DNA from: Candidatus Latescibacterota bacterium
GTDB lineage: Bacteria > Latescibacterota > UBA2968 > UBA8231
Assembly (NCBI GenBank): GCA_965242865.1
Contig: CBDETK010000013.1
Location: 800,001 to 864,000, forward strand
Length of the DNA stretch: 64,000 nucleotides
Direction: 5' to 3'
Shown here: positions 50,087-60,022 of the stretch, one piece after another
How the letters are laid out: each line of letters starts with the position of its first letter
Numbering within the stretch: position 1 is the first letter of the stretch
Translations under genes and position numbers: made by a program
The notes under the pieces: model-generated
Told to the model about the DNA's origin: nothing
Database searches by the model: none
The model's input: only the letters and a program-made list of their open reading frames with translations

Positions 50087-52357
50087 CTAGCGGCCGGGTT
50101 CGACCATCCACTCCGGCAGGGCGATGCGATAGACGACCACATCCTCGAGCGGCTTGAAGCGGACGCGAGCCCCTTCCATGTCGGCGCGGTAGATGTCGGG
50201 CGCTTCGTCCTCGGACTTGAAGGCCAAAAGGCGCAACCGAGGCAGTTTGCGGTCGGGCCAGTACTGGCTTACGTCAATTGCGATATCGGCTCGGCAGCCA
50301 AAGGGCACGACGTCAATTTCCCATTTGCGCTCCTTAATGACGGCGGCCCCGTCGAGCTCGACCGGGCCAAATTGCCCCCGTTGCCCGCGGGTATCGACGA
50401 ACAAATAGTCCTCGCAAGAGGCATAGTCAATGGGGCCAGCGCCGGCGTCGGCCGAATAGACCAGCAGCGCGGAGTCCTGCCAAGCGCAAAACGAGCCGGG
50501 CGGAAGGTGATACGCGGCATCGCCCCGGTGGACGGTCCAAGGCTGCTCCCAGCCGAGGTTGGCATAGACTTCGAGGCCATTGCCGTAGATCACCCGCACC
50601 TGTCCTTGGACGAATGCGCCGGAAAGCAGCGCGTCGTTGGTGGCCAAAAACTGGTCGTTGTGGTAGTAGTCAATGGAGCGAACCGGGACGCGGAGATAGC
50701 GCTTTTGCAGGGCGTACAGCATGTAGTACGCCTTGACCGTAGAAGCGATGCCCCACTCTAGCTGGTCTGGCAGCAGGCAGGCGTGGCCAAAGGCCGCGGT
50801 CGCGGCGAGATAGCGGGCGAGGTAAGCGCTGCGGCTGTGTTTTTCGCCTTGGGGGATGTGCCCGGCAAAGTACTGGTCGATAGTGCCCAGCCCCGCATCG
50901 GTCTCTAGGGGGTGCAGGTTGTGCAGGTCGAAGTCCACCAGCGGCGGGATGCGGCTGGGGTTGGTCCCGACCATGCGGGCGAGGTAGCCGGTTAGGACGC
51001 CGGCGTAAAACCAGTGGTTGCCGCCGCTCCCGATGGCTAGGCCGGCTTGCGCTTGGGAGCGGAGGACGCCCTGTTGCCGGGCATGGCTGCTCACCAAGTG
51101 GTCGCCTAAGTCGTTGAATTCCCAAGGCGGAAGCTCGGCGTGTTCGCTTACGTACAGCGCGTCGCAGGGGTATTTGCCGCTGAGGGTGCGTGCGTGTTCG
51201 GGGGCGCGCGCCAGTGCTTGGGACGGCTTAAACAAATAGAGGCCCGGCCCGGTCGGAGTTGGGCTGCCGTTGGCGAGTTGGGCGGCCATATCGGGCTGCC
51301 CGATGTGGCGGTAGCCAACGTGGAGGCTGGTTTTGTAGCCCAGATCGGACAGGGCTTCGAGGTATTCGGCGAGGGCATCGGTGCCGCCTTTTGCGGCGGC
51401 CCCTTCCACCGCGAGCGTAGCATGGCCGTCGCCGTCGTGCCAAGTCTCGCTGGGGTGGTTGATCAGCAGGTGATCGACGCCCATCAGCTTGAGCCGGCGC
51501 ATATTCTCGTAGAGCTCGACATAGCTTTCTTGGGACGCATCGATGTAAGGGATATTGTACCAAGCCCAATCCGCCAGCGTTTCGCTCGGCCCGGCCTCGA
51601 CCGGGGAAAACGTCGGGAGCACTTCTTGGTGTTGAGTGGAGACCGTGATCAGCCAGTGCTCTTGCAAATCGCTGCGCTGGCCGCGGCCTTGGCTGGCGTA
51701 GCTACAGCCGCCGTTGAGTTGGACCGAGCGCTGGGACTCGGCTTCGGACGGGGCGTACAGGCTGGAAGCGCGCGAGCCGTGCCAATCCACAAAGCTCGAT
51801 AAGAAGTAGCCGGCCGTGCAGAGGATGCGCGGATAGTTGTCGCCTAAGTTGAAGTAGGGAATGGTGATCAGGCGCGGATGCAAGGCCCCGGTGACGCGGC
51901 CGAGCGAAAGGCCAGTGCCCTTGCCGTGCCCGCCCTCGATTTCCACGACGAGGGACTTGCCGCTGATGCGGAAGCGGTAGAGGAAGTTGGCTTGTTCCTC
52001 CCCTAACTTCCACTGCCAGCGGGCCTCGACGCAATCGCCGATTTGCTCGCAGGAGATGAGGTGCCGCTCTACTTCTTCGCTATCCGGCGGCCAAGTGGAG
52101 CCGCCCATTTCCACGGCAATTCCGCCGCCTTCGGCCGGCTTGATCGGGTTGCCCTTGTTGACTTCTAGCTCAATATCGGCGAAGGTTCCATCGATGGGCG
52201 TGTAGATGAATTGGGCGACGGCAGAGACGGAACGGCTCTCAAATACAAAGGAAATACCCTCTTTGCGGATCGAGGTTTCGACTTCTTCGCCAAGCGCGGG
52301 AAGAATCGAGGGTTGGCTTTGGCTAGCGGATGTCGTCGCCCCTGTGAGGTCTGTCAT
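50087..52357 (-). CDS. Large hypothetical protein with a weak glycoside-hydrolase-like (GH101/GH129-type) barrel
   Basis: 756-aa ORF with its own promoter; segment KGGTDALAEYLEALSDLGYKTSLHVGY resembles such barrels. Confidence 0.55.
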   Translation of the reverse strand: MTDLTGATTSASQSQPSILPALGEEVETSIRKEGISFVFESRSVSAVAQFIYTPIDGTFADIELEVNKGNPIKPAEGGGIAVEMGGSTWPPDSEEVERHLISCEQIGDCVEARWQWKLGEEQANFLYRFRISGKSLVVEIEGGHGKGTGLSLGRVTGALHPRLITIPYFNLGDNYPRILCTAGYFLSSFVDWHGSRASSLYAPSEAESQRSVQLNGGCSYASQGRGQRSDLQEHWLITVSTQHQEVLPTFSPVEAGPSETLADWAWYNIPYIDASQESYVELYENMRRLKLMGVDHLLINHPSETWHDGDGHATLAVEGAAAKGGTDALAEYLEALSDLGYKTSLHVGYRHIGQPDMAAQLANGSPTPTGPGLYLFKPSQALARAPEHARTLSGKYPCDALYVSEHAELPPWEFNDLGDHLVSSHARQQGVLRSQAQAGLAIGSGGNHWFYAGVLTGYLARMVGTNPSRIPPLVDFDLHNLHPLETDAGLGTIDQYFAGHIPQGEKHSRSAYLARYLAATAAFGHACLLPDQLEWGIASTVKAYYMLYALQKRYLRVPVRSIDYYHNDQFLATNDALLSGAFVQGQVRVIYGNGLEVYANLGWEQPWTVHRGDAAYHLPPGSFCAWQDSALLVYSADAGAGPIDYASCEDYLFVDTRGQRGQFGPVELDGAAVIKERKWEIDVVPFGCRADIAIDVSQYWPDRKLPRLRLLAFKSEDEAPDIYRADMEGARVRFKPLEDVVVYRIALPEWMVEPGR

Positions 52358-52402
52358 GGAATGTCCTGACGTAGCGCGTTTTTAATTTTTTCAAAGTAAA
52401 TC

Positions 52403-52476
52403 AACATAGAGAATAAACCAGGGCATGTCAAGCGAAAGGCCCTCGATTTGACCGGGGAACAAAACCGTTCTATCTT
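52403..52476. promoter_or_regulatory. Divergent sigma-70 promoter pair
   Basis: Minus strand TTGACA-N17-TATGTT (52431-52403); plus strand TTGACC-N17-TATCTT (52448-52476). Confidence 0.65.
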
Positions 52477-52512
52477 GTTGTTTTTACAATAACTTTAGCC
52501 AATGAAGTCGCC

Positions 52513-53748
52513 TTGAAATCAAGGGATTGCATAGTGGTTGGCGGCGGGGCCGCCGGGATGCTGGCGGCCATTGTCGCGGCCGCGGCCGGCGAGCGGGTGA
52601 CCCTGCTCGAAGGCAGCGGAAAATTGGGGCGAAAGATATTGATTTCCGGCAATGGGCGCTGCAACCTGACGAATAGGGCCGCGGACGACCTCAAGCACTA
52701 CCACGGCACGCAGCCGCGCTTTGTCCGCTGCGCGCTCGACCAATTCCGCACCGAAGAGACCGTGGCGTTTTTTGCCGATTTAGGGATCGAGTTCCGCGAA
52801 GAGAAGCGGCAGCGTCTCTTTCCGGTGTCGGGTCAAGCGCAGGCGGTCGTCGATTTGCTCGCGGACCGCATGCGCTGCCTAGCGGTCCGCGTCGAAACCC
52901 ATGCCAAGGTGGTCCGCCTGCGCTGTGCGACTGGCTCGCCGCGCTTTGCACTGGGCGACGCCGAAGGGCGGCACTATACCGCCGGCCGCGTGATATTGGC
53001 CAGCGGCGGCGTCAGCTTGGCCCGCTTGGGAGCCGACCGGTCGGGCTTGGGCTTGGCCGCGGCGCTGGGCCATCGGCTCACCGCGCTCAAGCCCGGACTG
53101 GTGCCGCTAATAAGCCCGGAAAAATACCTCGCCCGCATGCAGGGGCTCAAAGTCCGGGCCGAAGTGCGCGTCGCGCTCAAGGGCGGGGGCGAGGCCGTTG
53201 ATACCGATGACTTGCTCTTTACAAAATACGGGGTCTCTGGGTTTACCATATTGAATCTCAGCGCTCGCTTGGTGCCCGAGTTGGGGCCGCAGCCGGCCGT
53301 ACTGCGGGTCAACTTCTTTCCCGGCCGCGGCCCAGAAGCGATCAGCCAATTGCTCAAAGCGCGCTGGCAGCGCCATCCCCACCGCTCGCTCGACCTGAGC
53401 TTTGCCGGCCTGCTCTCCAGCAAATTGGTGCGGCCCCTGTTGGCCCACTTGGGGATCGACGCGGCGCAGCGGGTCGAGCGGCTCGGCAAGCGGGTGCGCT
53501 GGCAGCTCGCCCAGTGCCTGACGAGTTGGCCGATCGCGGTCAGCGGCCCGCGCCCTTTTGACTACGCCGAAGTGACGATCGGGGGCGTGCGCACCGAGGA
53601 CATCAATCCCGCAACGCTCGAATCCTTTTTGGTGCCCGGGCTGTACTTTGCCGGCGAGATGGTTGACATTCACGCGGACTTGGGGGGCTTTAACTTCCAA
53701 TGGGCTTGGGCCAGCGGCGCGCTCGCCGGTCGTCGGCTGGGGTCGTGA
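52513..53748 (+). CDS. HI0933/BaiN-family flavoprotein
   Basis: VGGGAAG, GRKILISGNGRCNLTN, VTIGGV, GLYFAGE, GGFNFQWAWASG. Confidence 0.92.
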   Translation: MKSRDCIVVGGGAAGMLAAIVAAAAGERVTLLEGSGKLGRKILISGNGRCNLTNRAADDLKHYHGTQPRFVRCALDQFRTEETVAFFADLGIEFREEKRQRLFPVSGQAQAVVDLLADRMRCLAVRVETHAKVVRLRCATGSPRFALGDAEGRHYTAGRVILASGGVSLARLGADRSGLGLAAALGHRLTALKPGLVPLISPEKYLARMQGLKVRAEVRVALKGGGEAVDTDDLLFTKYGVSGFTILNLSARLVPELGPQPAVLRVNFFPGRGPEAISQLLKARWQRHPHRSLDLSFAGLLSSKLVRPLLAHLGIDAAQRVERLGKRVRWQLAQCLTSWPIAVSGPRPFDYAEVTIGGVRTEDINPATLESFLVPGLYFAGEMVDIHADLGGFNFQWAWASGALAGRRLGS

Positions 53749-53787
53749 ACACTGGCGCGCTGGGCCGGTGGACGTAGATTGAACCCG

Positions 53788-54393
53788 ATGCGAACCAATG
53801 AAACGGGCCGGGTGGCCGGCATCATTTTGGCGGCCGGCATGTCCACCCGCATGGGGCCGCTCAAGCAGTTGTTGCCCTTGGGGGGCCGGGCGGCCATTGA
53901 ATGGGTTGCCGCGGCAGTAGGGCCGCAGCTCGATGAGGTGGTGGTCGTGCTCGGCCACCGCGCTGAAGAGGTCGCCCCGGTATTGGCTGCTCATCCGGTC
54001 CGTTGGGTCGTCAACACTCGCTATCAAACGGGCATGCTCTCTTCGGTGCAGTGCGGGGTGCGGGCGGTGGACAGAGCGGCCGATTACTTGATTTGCCTCG
54101 GCGATCAACCGCGGCTGAGCAAAGCCGTCGTCGCGCAGGTGTTGCAGCGGAGACACCAGCGCGACGCTGGCATCATCATCCCCACGACCCACGGCAAAAG
54201 GGGCCATCCGGTGTTGATCGGCAACGCCTATCGGGCGGAAATTTTGGCCTTGCGGCCGGGCGTGGGATTGAACGCGGTGACTCGGGGCCATCCCGAAGAT
54301 ACGTGCGAGCTGCCGGTGGCCGAGCCGGCCATCCTAACCGACATGGACACGCCGGCCGACTACCAGCGCGAGTTAGACCACTGGCCAGAGTGA
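53788..54393 (+). CDS. mocA: Molybdenum cofactor cytidylyltransferase-like nucleotidyltransferase
   Basis: ILAAGMSTRMG..KQLL, GMLSS, LGDQP, GHPV, DMDTPADY; adjacent to xdhC. Confidence 0.82.
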   Translation: MRTNETGRVAGIILAAGMSTRMGPLKQLLPLGGRAAIEWVAAAVGPQLDEVVVVLGHRAEEVAPVLAAHPVRWVVNTRYQTGMLSSVQCGVRAVDRAADYLICLGDQPRLSKAVVAQVLQRRHQRDAGIIIPTTHGKRGHPVLIGNAYRAEILALRPGVGLNAVTRGHPEDTCELPVAEPAILTDMDTPADYQRELDHWPE

Positions 54394-54395
54394 TT

Positions 54396-55478
54396 ATGGA
54401 CGACATCCTCAGCGAAATTGTGCGGCGCAAGGAGCGGGGCGAGCGCCTGGCGTTGGCCTCGCTCGTGTGGAGCACCGGCTCGATCCCCATGAGCGAGCGG
54501 GCCAAAATGATCGTGGCCGAGCGAGGCGACGTAGTCGGGACCATCGGCGGCGGCTGCCTCGAAGCCGAGGTCTTGAGCGCGGGCCGCACCGCGCTGGAGA
54601 CCGGCGAGAACCAGCTTTTGCGCTACACCATGACGGAAAAACAAGCCGGGGAGAGCGGCTTAAACTGCGGCGGCAGCGTGCGGATTTACACCGAAGTCAT
54701 CGAGCCGGACGCGCAGGCCGACTTCTATGGCCGAGTGCTAGCGGCGCGGCGGGCGCGGCGCGGTTGCGCGTTGGCCACGCTGCTCAAACGCCGGTTTGAC
54801 TCGGCCGGGGAAGGGCGGTTGTGGCTCGGGGCCGACGGCAGCGCCTGCGGTTCGCTGGGCACGCCCGCCGCCGATCGCCAAGTGGAGGAGCGCTTGCCCC
54901 AGGTGCTCGGGCGCGAGCGCGGCCTCGTTTGCGCGGTGGGCGAGGGCGCGGAGGTATTTATCGAGCCGTTCTTGCCCGAACCGATACTCTATGTCTTTGG
55001 CGGCGGCCACGTCGGCGGGCAGATTTGCGCGTTGGCCAAAAACGTGGGCTTTCGCGTCGTCCTCATCGACGACCGCCCGGGGTTTGCCAACTCCACGCGC
55101 CATCCGCTGGCCGACGAGTGTTTGGTCGCCGGCATGGAGGAGGTATTCGCCCGCTTGCCCATCGACGCCCAGTCTTACATCATCGCGGCCACGCGCGGGC
55201 ACCAGCACGACGAAGTCGTCGTCGAAGCGGCGATCAAGACGCCGGCGCGCTACATCGGCATGCTGGGCAGCGAGCGCAAGAAGCTCATTTTGTGGCAGCG
55301 GATCGCCGCGCGCGGGGGCGACCCGCTGCGCTTGGACGCGGTCTTCGCGCCGATTGGGGCCAACATCGGGGCGGATACCCCGGCTGAGATCGCGGTCAGC
55401 GTCGTCGCCGAGCTGATCGAGCAGCGGCGCGGAACCCCCAAAGCGTGGAAGACGAAGCGAACCCCCCATGGACGATAA
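54396..55478 (+). CDS. xdhC: XdhC/CoxI-family molybdoenzyme chaperone
   Basis: GTIGGGCLE, GLNCGG, FGGGHV, TRGHQHD, YIGMLGS, PIG..IGADTPAEIAVS. Confidence 0.92.
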   Translation: MDDILSEIVRRKERGERLALASLVWSTGSIPMSERAKMIVAERGDVVGTIGGGCLEAEVLSAGRTALETGENQLLRYTMTEKQAGESGLNCGGSVRIYTEVIEPDAQADFYGRVLAARRARRGCALATLLKRRFDSAGEGRLWLGADGSACGSLGTPAADRQVEERLPQVLGRERGLVCAVGEGAEVFIEPFLPEPILYVFGGGHVGGQICALAKNVGFRVVLIDDRPGFANSTRHPLADECLVAGMEEVFARLPIDAQSYIIAATRGHQHDEVVVEAAIKTPARYIGMLGSERKKLILWQRIAARGGDPLRLDAVFAPIGANIGADTPAEIAVSVVAELIEQRRGTPKAWKTKRTPHGR

Positions 55479-56478
55479 ATTGCGCTATGGGGTGGCCGCC
55501 TGTCAGGTGGCCCAGCCCAATCCCACCGACCGCTCTGAAATGGCTCGCAACACCGTACGCATGGTCGAAATGGTCGATATGGCCGTTGAAGGCTATGGGC
55601 CGTTTATGGACGTCAAGTTGCTGGCCTTTCCCGAATTTGGCCACGCCGCGCCCATTTATCCCACCGCCAAGAGCTTGCTGGCCAAGTTGACCGTGCCCGT
55701 GCCCAACGAGCACACGGCCCGGTTGGCAGACAAAGCCCGCGAATTGGGCGTGTACATCCAAACGGCCACTTTTCTTGAAGAGGATCCGCAATGGCCGGGC
55801 AAGGTGTTCAACGCGACCTGCTTGCTCGGGCCGGAAGGGCTGTGGTACAAGTACCGCAAGGTCAACCCGTGGATTCCGTGGGAAGTCCACGCCAGCCCCC
55901 ACGACTTGGCCGACTACGACGCCGAGCTGTTCCCGGTGGCCCAAACGCCCATCGGCTGCATTGGCGCGGCCATCTGCTACGACTGGCTCTTCCCCGAGCC
56001 GTTGCGCCAGCTCGCGGCCCACGGCGCCGAAGTCCTCGTCCGCGTCTCGGCCTATATGGACCCGTGGGGGGCGACCCCGCCGCTGGATTGGTGGACCACG
56101 GTCAACCGCTGTCGGGCGCTGGAAAATACCGCGTATGTGCTGGCCGCCAACCAAGGGGCCGAGTTGAGGCACTATCCCCCCTTTTCTTGGCCGGGCGGCT
56201 CAATGGCGGTCGATTTCGACGGCCGCATCCTCGCCCAAGCCGACCCGGGGCCGGGCGAAAAAATCGTCGTCGCCGAAGTCGATATCGGGGCCTTGCGGTA
56301 CGCCCGCCAGCGGCGCACCGGCCACCACACCTTGGCCCACCTGCGCAGCGAAGCGTACCCCTTGTACAAACAGCCGTACTATCCGCAGGGCAGCTTGTCG
56401 GCAGCGGACAACCACACCGTGGCTATGAACGAAGAGCGCATTGCCGCGGCCAAGCAGCGGATAACCCGGCCGCGGTGA
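55468..56478 (+). CDS. Nitrilase/carbon-nitrogen hydrolase
   Basis: Catalytic triad motifs FPEF, YRKV, ICYD; RALEN. Confidence 0.9.
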   Translation: MDDKLRYGVAACQVAQPNPTDRSEMARNTVRMVEMVDMAVEGYGPFMDVKLLAFPEFGHAAPIYPTAKSLLAKLTVPVPNEHTARLADKARELGVYIQTATFLEEDPQWPGKVFNATCLLGPEGLWYKYRKVNPWIPWEVHASPHDLADYDAELFPVAQTPIGCIGAAICYDWLFPEPLRQLAAHGAEVLVRVSAYMDPWGATPPLDWWTTVNRCRALENTAYVLAANQGAELRHYPPFSWPGGSMAVDFDGRILAQADPGPGEKIVVAEVDIGALRYARQRRTGHHTLAHLRSEAYPLYKQPYYPQGSLSAADNHTVAMNEERIAAAKQRITRPR

Positions 56479-57191
56479 AGCACTATGGCGACCGGCAGCT
56501 TCGCCGCACCCTGCGCAAGTACGACACTCGGCAGGTGAGCCGCACCTTGGCAACCGGCTGCGCGTTGCAGATGACGACCGTCGGCGATGTAGATGCCTTG
56601 GTGGACCGCATGATCGAGCGCGAGGGGCGGCTCCAGCGGGTAGAGCGCTTTCCCTACTGGGCCGAGCTGTGGCCGACCGCGTGGGCCATGGCCCAGTGGT
56701 TTTGCCGCGCCGAGGAGCCGATCCCCAAAGGTTGGACCGGCGAGTTGGGCTGCGGTTTGGGGCTGGTCGGCCTTGCCTTAGCCAAGTTAGGTTGGCGCGT
56801 CGAAGCGACTGACTTCGTGGAGGATGCGCTGATTTTCGCCGCTCACAATGCCCGGCGCAACCGGGTCGGGCACACCCATCGGGTGGCCTATTTGGACTGG
56901 CGCAATCCCGTGGGGACGCCGCGCGAGTGCTGGGTGGGATCGGACATCCTCTACGAAAAGAAGAACCACCGCTATCTAGAGCGCGTCCTACACGCGCTGC
57001 TGTTGCCCGGCGGCCGCTTTTATCTCGGAGACCCCCAGCGCAAGGACGCAGCCGCCTTCGTCGCCCGGCTCGTGGCCCAAGGCTATAGTCAGCGGCGAGA
57101 AATGCAGGTCGAGACGTGGAATTCCATCGAGTACCAAGTCGCGATTTACGTATTTACCAAGCCTCAAGCCGCCAGCAAGGCACTCAGGTGA
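56475..57191 (+). CDS. Class I SAM methyltransferase (protein N-methyltransferase, Methyltransf_16-like)
   Basis: PYWAELWP, ELGCGLG, ATD, LDWR, GSDILYE; GTGA coupling. Confidence 0.82.
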   Translation: MKHYGDRQLRRTLRKYDTRQVSRTLATGCALQMTTVGDVDALVDRMIEREGRLQRVERFPYWAELWPTAWAMAQWFCRAEEPIPKGWTGELGCGLGLVGLALAKLGWRVEATDFVEDALIFAAHNARRNRVGHTHRVAYLDWRNPVGTPRECWVGSDILYEKKNHRYLERVLHALLLPGGRFYLGDPQRKDAAAFVARLVAQGYSQRREMQVETWNSIEYQVAIYVFTKPQAASKALR

Positions 57192-58108
57192 GCCGCCACC
57201 GAAGCCGCGGTCGCCTCCAAGTCGTACCCGCCCTCTAGCAGGGAGACGAGGCGGCCCTCGCAGTGGCGGGTGGCGAGCTGGAGCACCAGCTCGGTTAGCT
57301 CGCCATAGCCCTCTGCACTGAGCAGAACTTGCCCGAGGGGATCGCGGCGGTGGGCGTCAAAACCGGCCGATAGGAGGATGAAATCGGGTTGGAACTGGTC
57401 TAGGGCTGGAATGATGGTGTCGGTAAAGTGGCCGAGGTACTCGGCATCCGTGCTGCCGGCCGGCACCGGGATGTTCAAGGTTTGCCCTCGGCCCGCGCCC
57501 TGCCCGCGCTCGTCGGCCGCGCCCGTGCCCGGATAGAGGGGCGCTTGGTGGATGCTGCAAAAAAACACCGAGCCGTCGGCCTCAAAGATGTGCTGTGTGC
57601 CATTGCCGTGATGGACATCCCAGTCGATGATCGCGACTTTGTCGCAGCCGCATTCGGCCCGCAAGTAGTGGGCGGCAACCGCTGCGTTGTTAAAGAAGCA
57701 AAAGCCCATGATTTGCTCGACTTCGGCGTGATGGCCCGGGGGCCGCATGCAGCAGAAGGCATGGTCGGCGCGGCCGGCGAGCAGAGCGTCGATGGCGGTT
57801 AGGGGTGCCCCCGCCGCGAGCAGGGCGGCGCGGTGCGTGTTGGGCGAGGCGGCCGTGTCTTGGCTGACGTAGATGGGCCGCTCGACGCGGGCGAGGGCCG
57901 CGACTTGGTCTAAGTGAGCGGGCGAGTGCGCTCTGAGCAGGGCGCGACGCGGTGCTAACTGCGGCTGCAGGTGCAAAACCTCGTCCCAAAGCGCTTGGTC
58001 TTTTAGCTGCTGGACAATGGCTTCCAACCGGGCCGGGCGCTCGGGATGCCCCGCGCCCGGGTCGTGCAACAAGGCGTCCGGGTGGTAAATCAAGGCCGTC
58101 CTAGCCAC
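57164..58108 (-). CDS. Histone deacetylase-family amidohydrolase
   Basis: HPERPARL, RPPGHHA, GFCFFNN, DWDVHHGNGTQ, SAGFDAH, LEGGY. Confidence 0.95.
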   Translation of the reverse strand: MARTALIYHPDALLHDPGAGHPERPARLEAIVQQLKDQALWDEVLHLQPQLAPRRALLRAHSPAHLDQVAALARVERPIYVSQDTAASPNTHRAALLAAGAPLTAIDALLAGRADHAFCCMRPPGHHAEVEQIMGFCFFNNAAVAAHYLRAECGCDKVAIIDWDVHHGNGTQHIFEADGSVFFCSIHQAPLYPGTGAADERGQGAGRGQTLNIPVPAGSTDAEYLGHFTDTIIPALDQFQPDFILLSAGFDAHRRDPLGQVLLSAEGYGELTELVLQLATRHCEGRLVSLLEGGYDLEATAASVAAHLSALLAA

Positions 58109-58550
58109 AATCGCCTGCTTCTATGGAGGCAAGGGCGCGGCGTCCGAGGATGCGGATGTCCTCGGCGATAGCCGCATCGCCCAAGGCCGCGTGGTCGCAC
58201 CAGCGCAAGTGGGTGGATTCGCGGGGATTGATGCGGGCGTGTCCGCTTACTACGCGGCCAAAGTAAATCAGGTCGATGTGCTGATGCCCCGGTTCGATAT
58301 CCTCTAAGAGGATACACGCGGGGCGGTGGAGGACGGCGACCGGCCCCCATTGCTCGGGGCGGCCCAACAACTCAACGGTCAGGCCGGTCTCTTCGCGCAC
58401 TTCGCGGAGGGCGGCTTCTTCGGGCAATTCGCCCGGGTCAATGTGGCCGCCCGGGGGCAGCCAAGCCTGCATCTTCTTGTGCCACAACAACAGGGTGGCC
58501 CCCTCGTGGACGACAAAGGTCGTCGCCGTAAAGTCGCGGGTAATCGCCAA
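58101..58550 (-). CDS. NUDIX hydrolase
   Basis: PGGHIDPGELPEEAALREVREETGL; HIDLIY. Confidence 0.9.
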   Translation of the reverse strand: MAITRDFTATTFVVHEGATLLLWHKKMQAWLPPGGHIDPGELPEEAALREVREETGLTVELLGRPEQWGPVAVLHRPACILLEDIEPGHQHIDLIYFGRVVSGHARINPRESTHLRWCDHAALGDAAIAEDIRILGRRALASIEAGDCG

Positions 58551-58720
58551 GGTCCGCTCGTCGTGCGTGGGTGAGGAGAAAGCGAGAGCGGGTCAATATA
58601 GCCGGCCGCTCGGTGGAACGAAAGCCCGCGCCCGCCCCGCGCTGCATTGACCAAGTTTTCTCGCCAATTATCTTACAAGCCCGCTGTTATATTCTTTAGA
58701 CTGATTAGACTGAGAGAGCT

Positions 58721-59905
58721 ATGGCTACTGAGATCGTCATGCCCAAGTTGGGATTGACCATGGAAAGCGGCGCAATCAGCGCTTGGTTGGTAGAAGAGGG
58801 CCAAGAGGTGCAAAAGGGCCAAGCCCTGTTGGAAATCGCCACCGACAAGGTGACCATGGAGGTTGAGGCGCAGGCCGCTGGGGTTCTGCGCAAAATTCTG
58901 GTGCCGCCCGGCGAGGAAGTGCCGGTATCGACCCCAATCGGCGTCATCGCCGCGGCCGACGAGGACATCAGCTCGTACAGCGCGGCCGCGCCGAGCGACC
59001 CGGTGCCGGCGGCTGCTTCGCCGCCAACCCCAGCCGCGCCGCCGGCCCCCGCGGCTGATTCCGCCGGCCGCCGGCCGCACAAGACCTCGCCCAAAGCGCG
59101 AAAAATAGCGGTCGAGCACGGCCTCGACCTGTCCGGCATCAGCGGCAGTGGCCCCGGCGGCCGGATCGTCAGCGCGGATGTGCTAACTTTGGTCGAGCGC
59201 GTTCAGCCGGCCCCGGCCCCAGCTCCGGTCGCCGAGGGGCGCGTTGAGCTGAGCCGCGCCGAGCAAGTGGCTGGCGAGCGGCTGACGGCCAGCTACCAAC
59301 AAATTCCCCACATCCACCTCAGCATGGACGTATCGGCCGTGTGGTTGCAGCAATTCCGCACCGGCTACGAGCTAGAGGGCAAAAAAATCTCCTTCAACGA
59401 TCTGATCGTCAAAGCCACGGCCCGCACCCTAGGCGAATTCCCCCGCGTCAACAGCTTGGAAGAAGGGGGGCACTTCCGCTACGCCGCCCAAATCAACGTC
59501 GGCATTGCCGTGGCGGCCGAGCAGGGCTTGGTGGTTCCGGTCCTGCGCGACGCGGCCGACAAGACGATCGAGGAAATCGCCTCGGAAGGGACGCGCCTGA
59601 TCGACGCGGCGCGCCGCGGCCAGTTGCGCCCGGACGACATGCTGGGCGGCACCTTTACCATCTCGAACTTGGGGATGTTCGGCGTCTCCCGCTTTACCGC
59701 GATCATCAACCCGCCCCAAGTGGCGATCTTGGCCGTCGGGGCCATAGAAAACCGGGTGGTCGCGGTCGGGGCCGACGCCTTTGCCGTGCGGCCGCAACTG
59801 ACCTTGACGCTGGCCGCGGATCACCGGGTCGTCGATGGCGCGCTGGGCGCCCGATTCCTCGCGCGGCTCAAGGAAGTATTAGAAACGCCCGGCTTGCTCG
59901 GCTAG
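58721..59905 (+). CDS. Dihydrolipoamide acyltransferase (E2)
   Basis: Lipoyl motif TDKV, E3-binding SPKARK...GSGPGGRI, TISNLG, DHRVVDG. Confidence 0.95.
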   Translation: MATEIVMPKLGLTMESGAISAWLVEEGQEVQKGQALLEIATDKVTMEVEAQAAGVLRKILVPPGEEVPVSTPIGVIAAADEDISSYSAAAPSDPVPAAASPPTPAAPPAPAADSAGRRPHKTSPKARKIAVEHGLDLSGISGSGPGGRIVSADVLTLVERVQPAPAPAPVAEGRVELSRAEQVAGERLTASYQQIPHIHLSMDVSAVWLQQFRTGYELEGKKISFNDLIVKATARTLGEFPRVNSLEEGGHFRYAAQINVGIAVAAEQGLVVPVLRDAADKTIEEIASEGTRLIDAARRGQLRPDDMLGGTFTISNLGMFGVSRFTAIINPPQVAILAVGAIENRVVAVGADAFAVRPQLTLTLAADHRVVDGALGARFLARLKEVLETPGLLG

Positions 59906-59917
59906 CCGCCCCTCACC

Positions 59918-59946
59918 TTGACCGGGTCTAGGCGGCCGGCTATCTT
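59918..59946 (+). promoter_or_regulatory. Sigma-70 promoter for ftsH
   Basis: TTGACC-N17-TATCTT. Confidence 0.6.
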
Positions 59947-60022
59947 CAAAACCGCAAAATTAAGGCTCTTTTGCCCGTGCGCCCCGGGGGTGGAAGAGCG
60001 CGTCTTAGCATTGGAATAGTGC

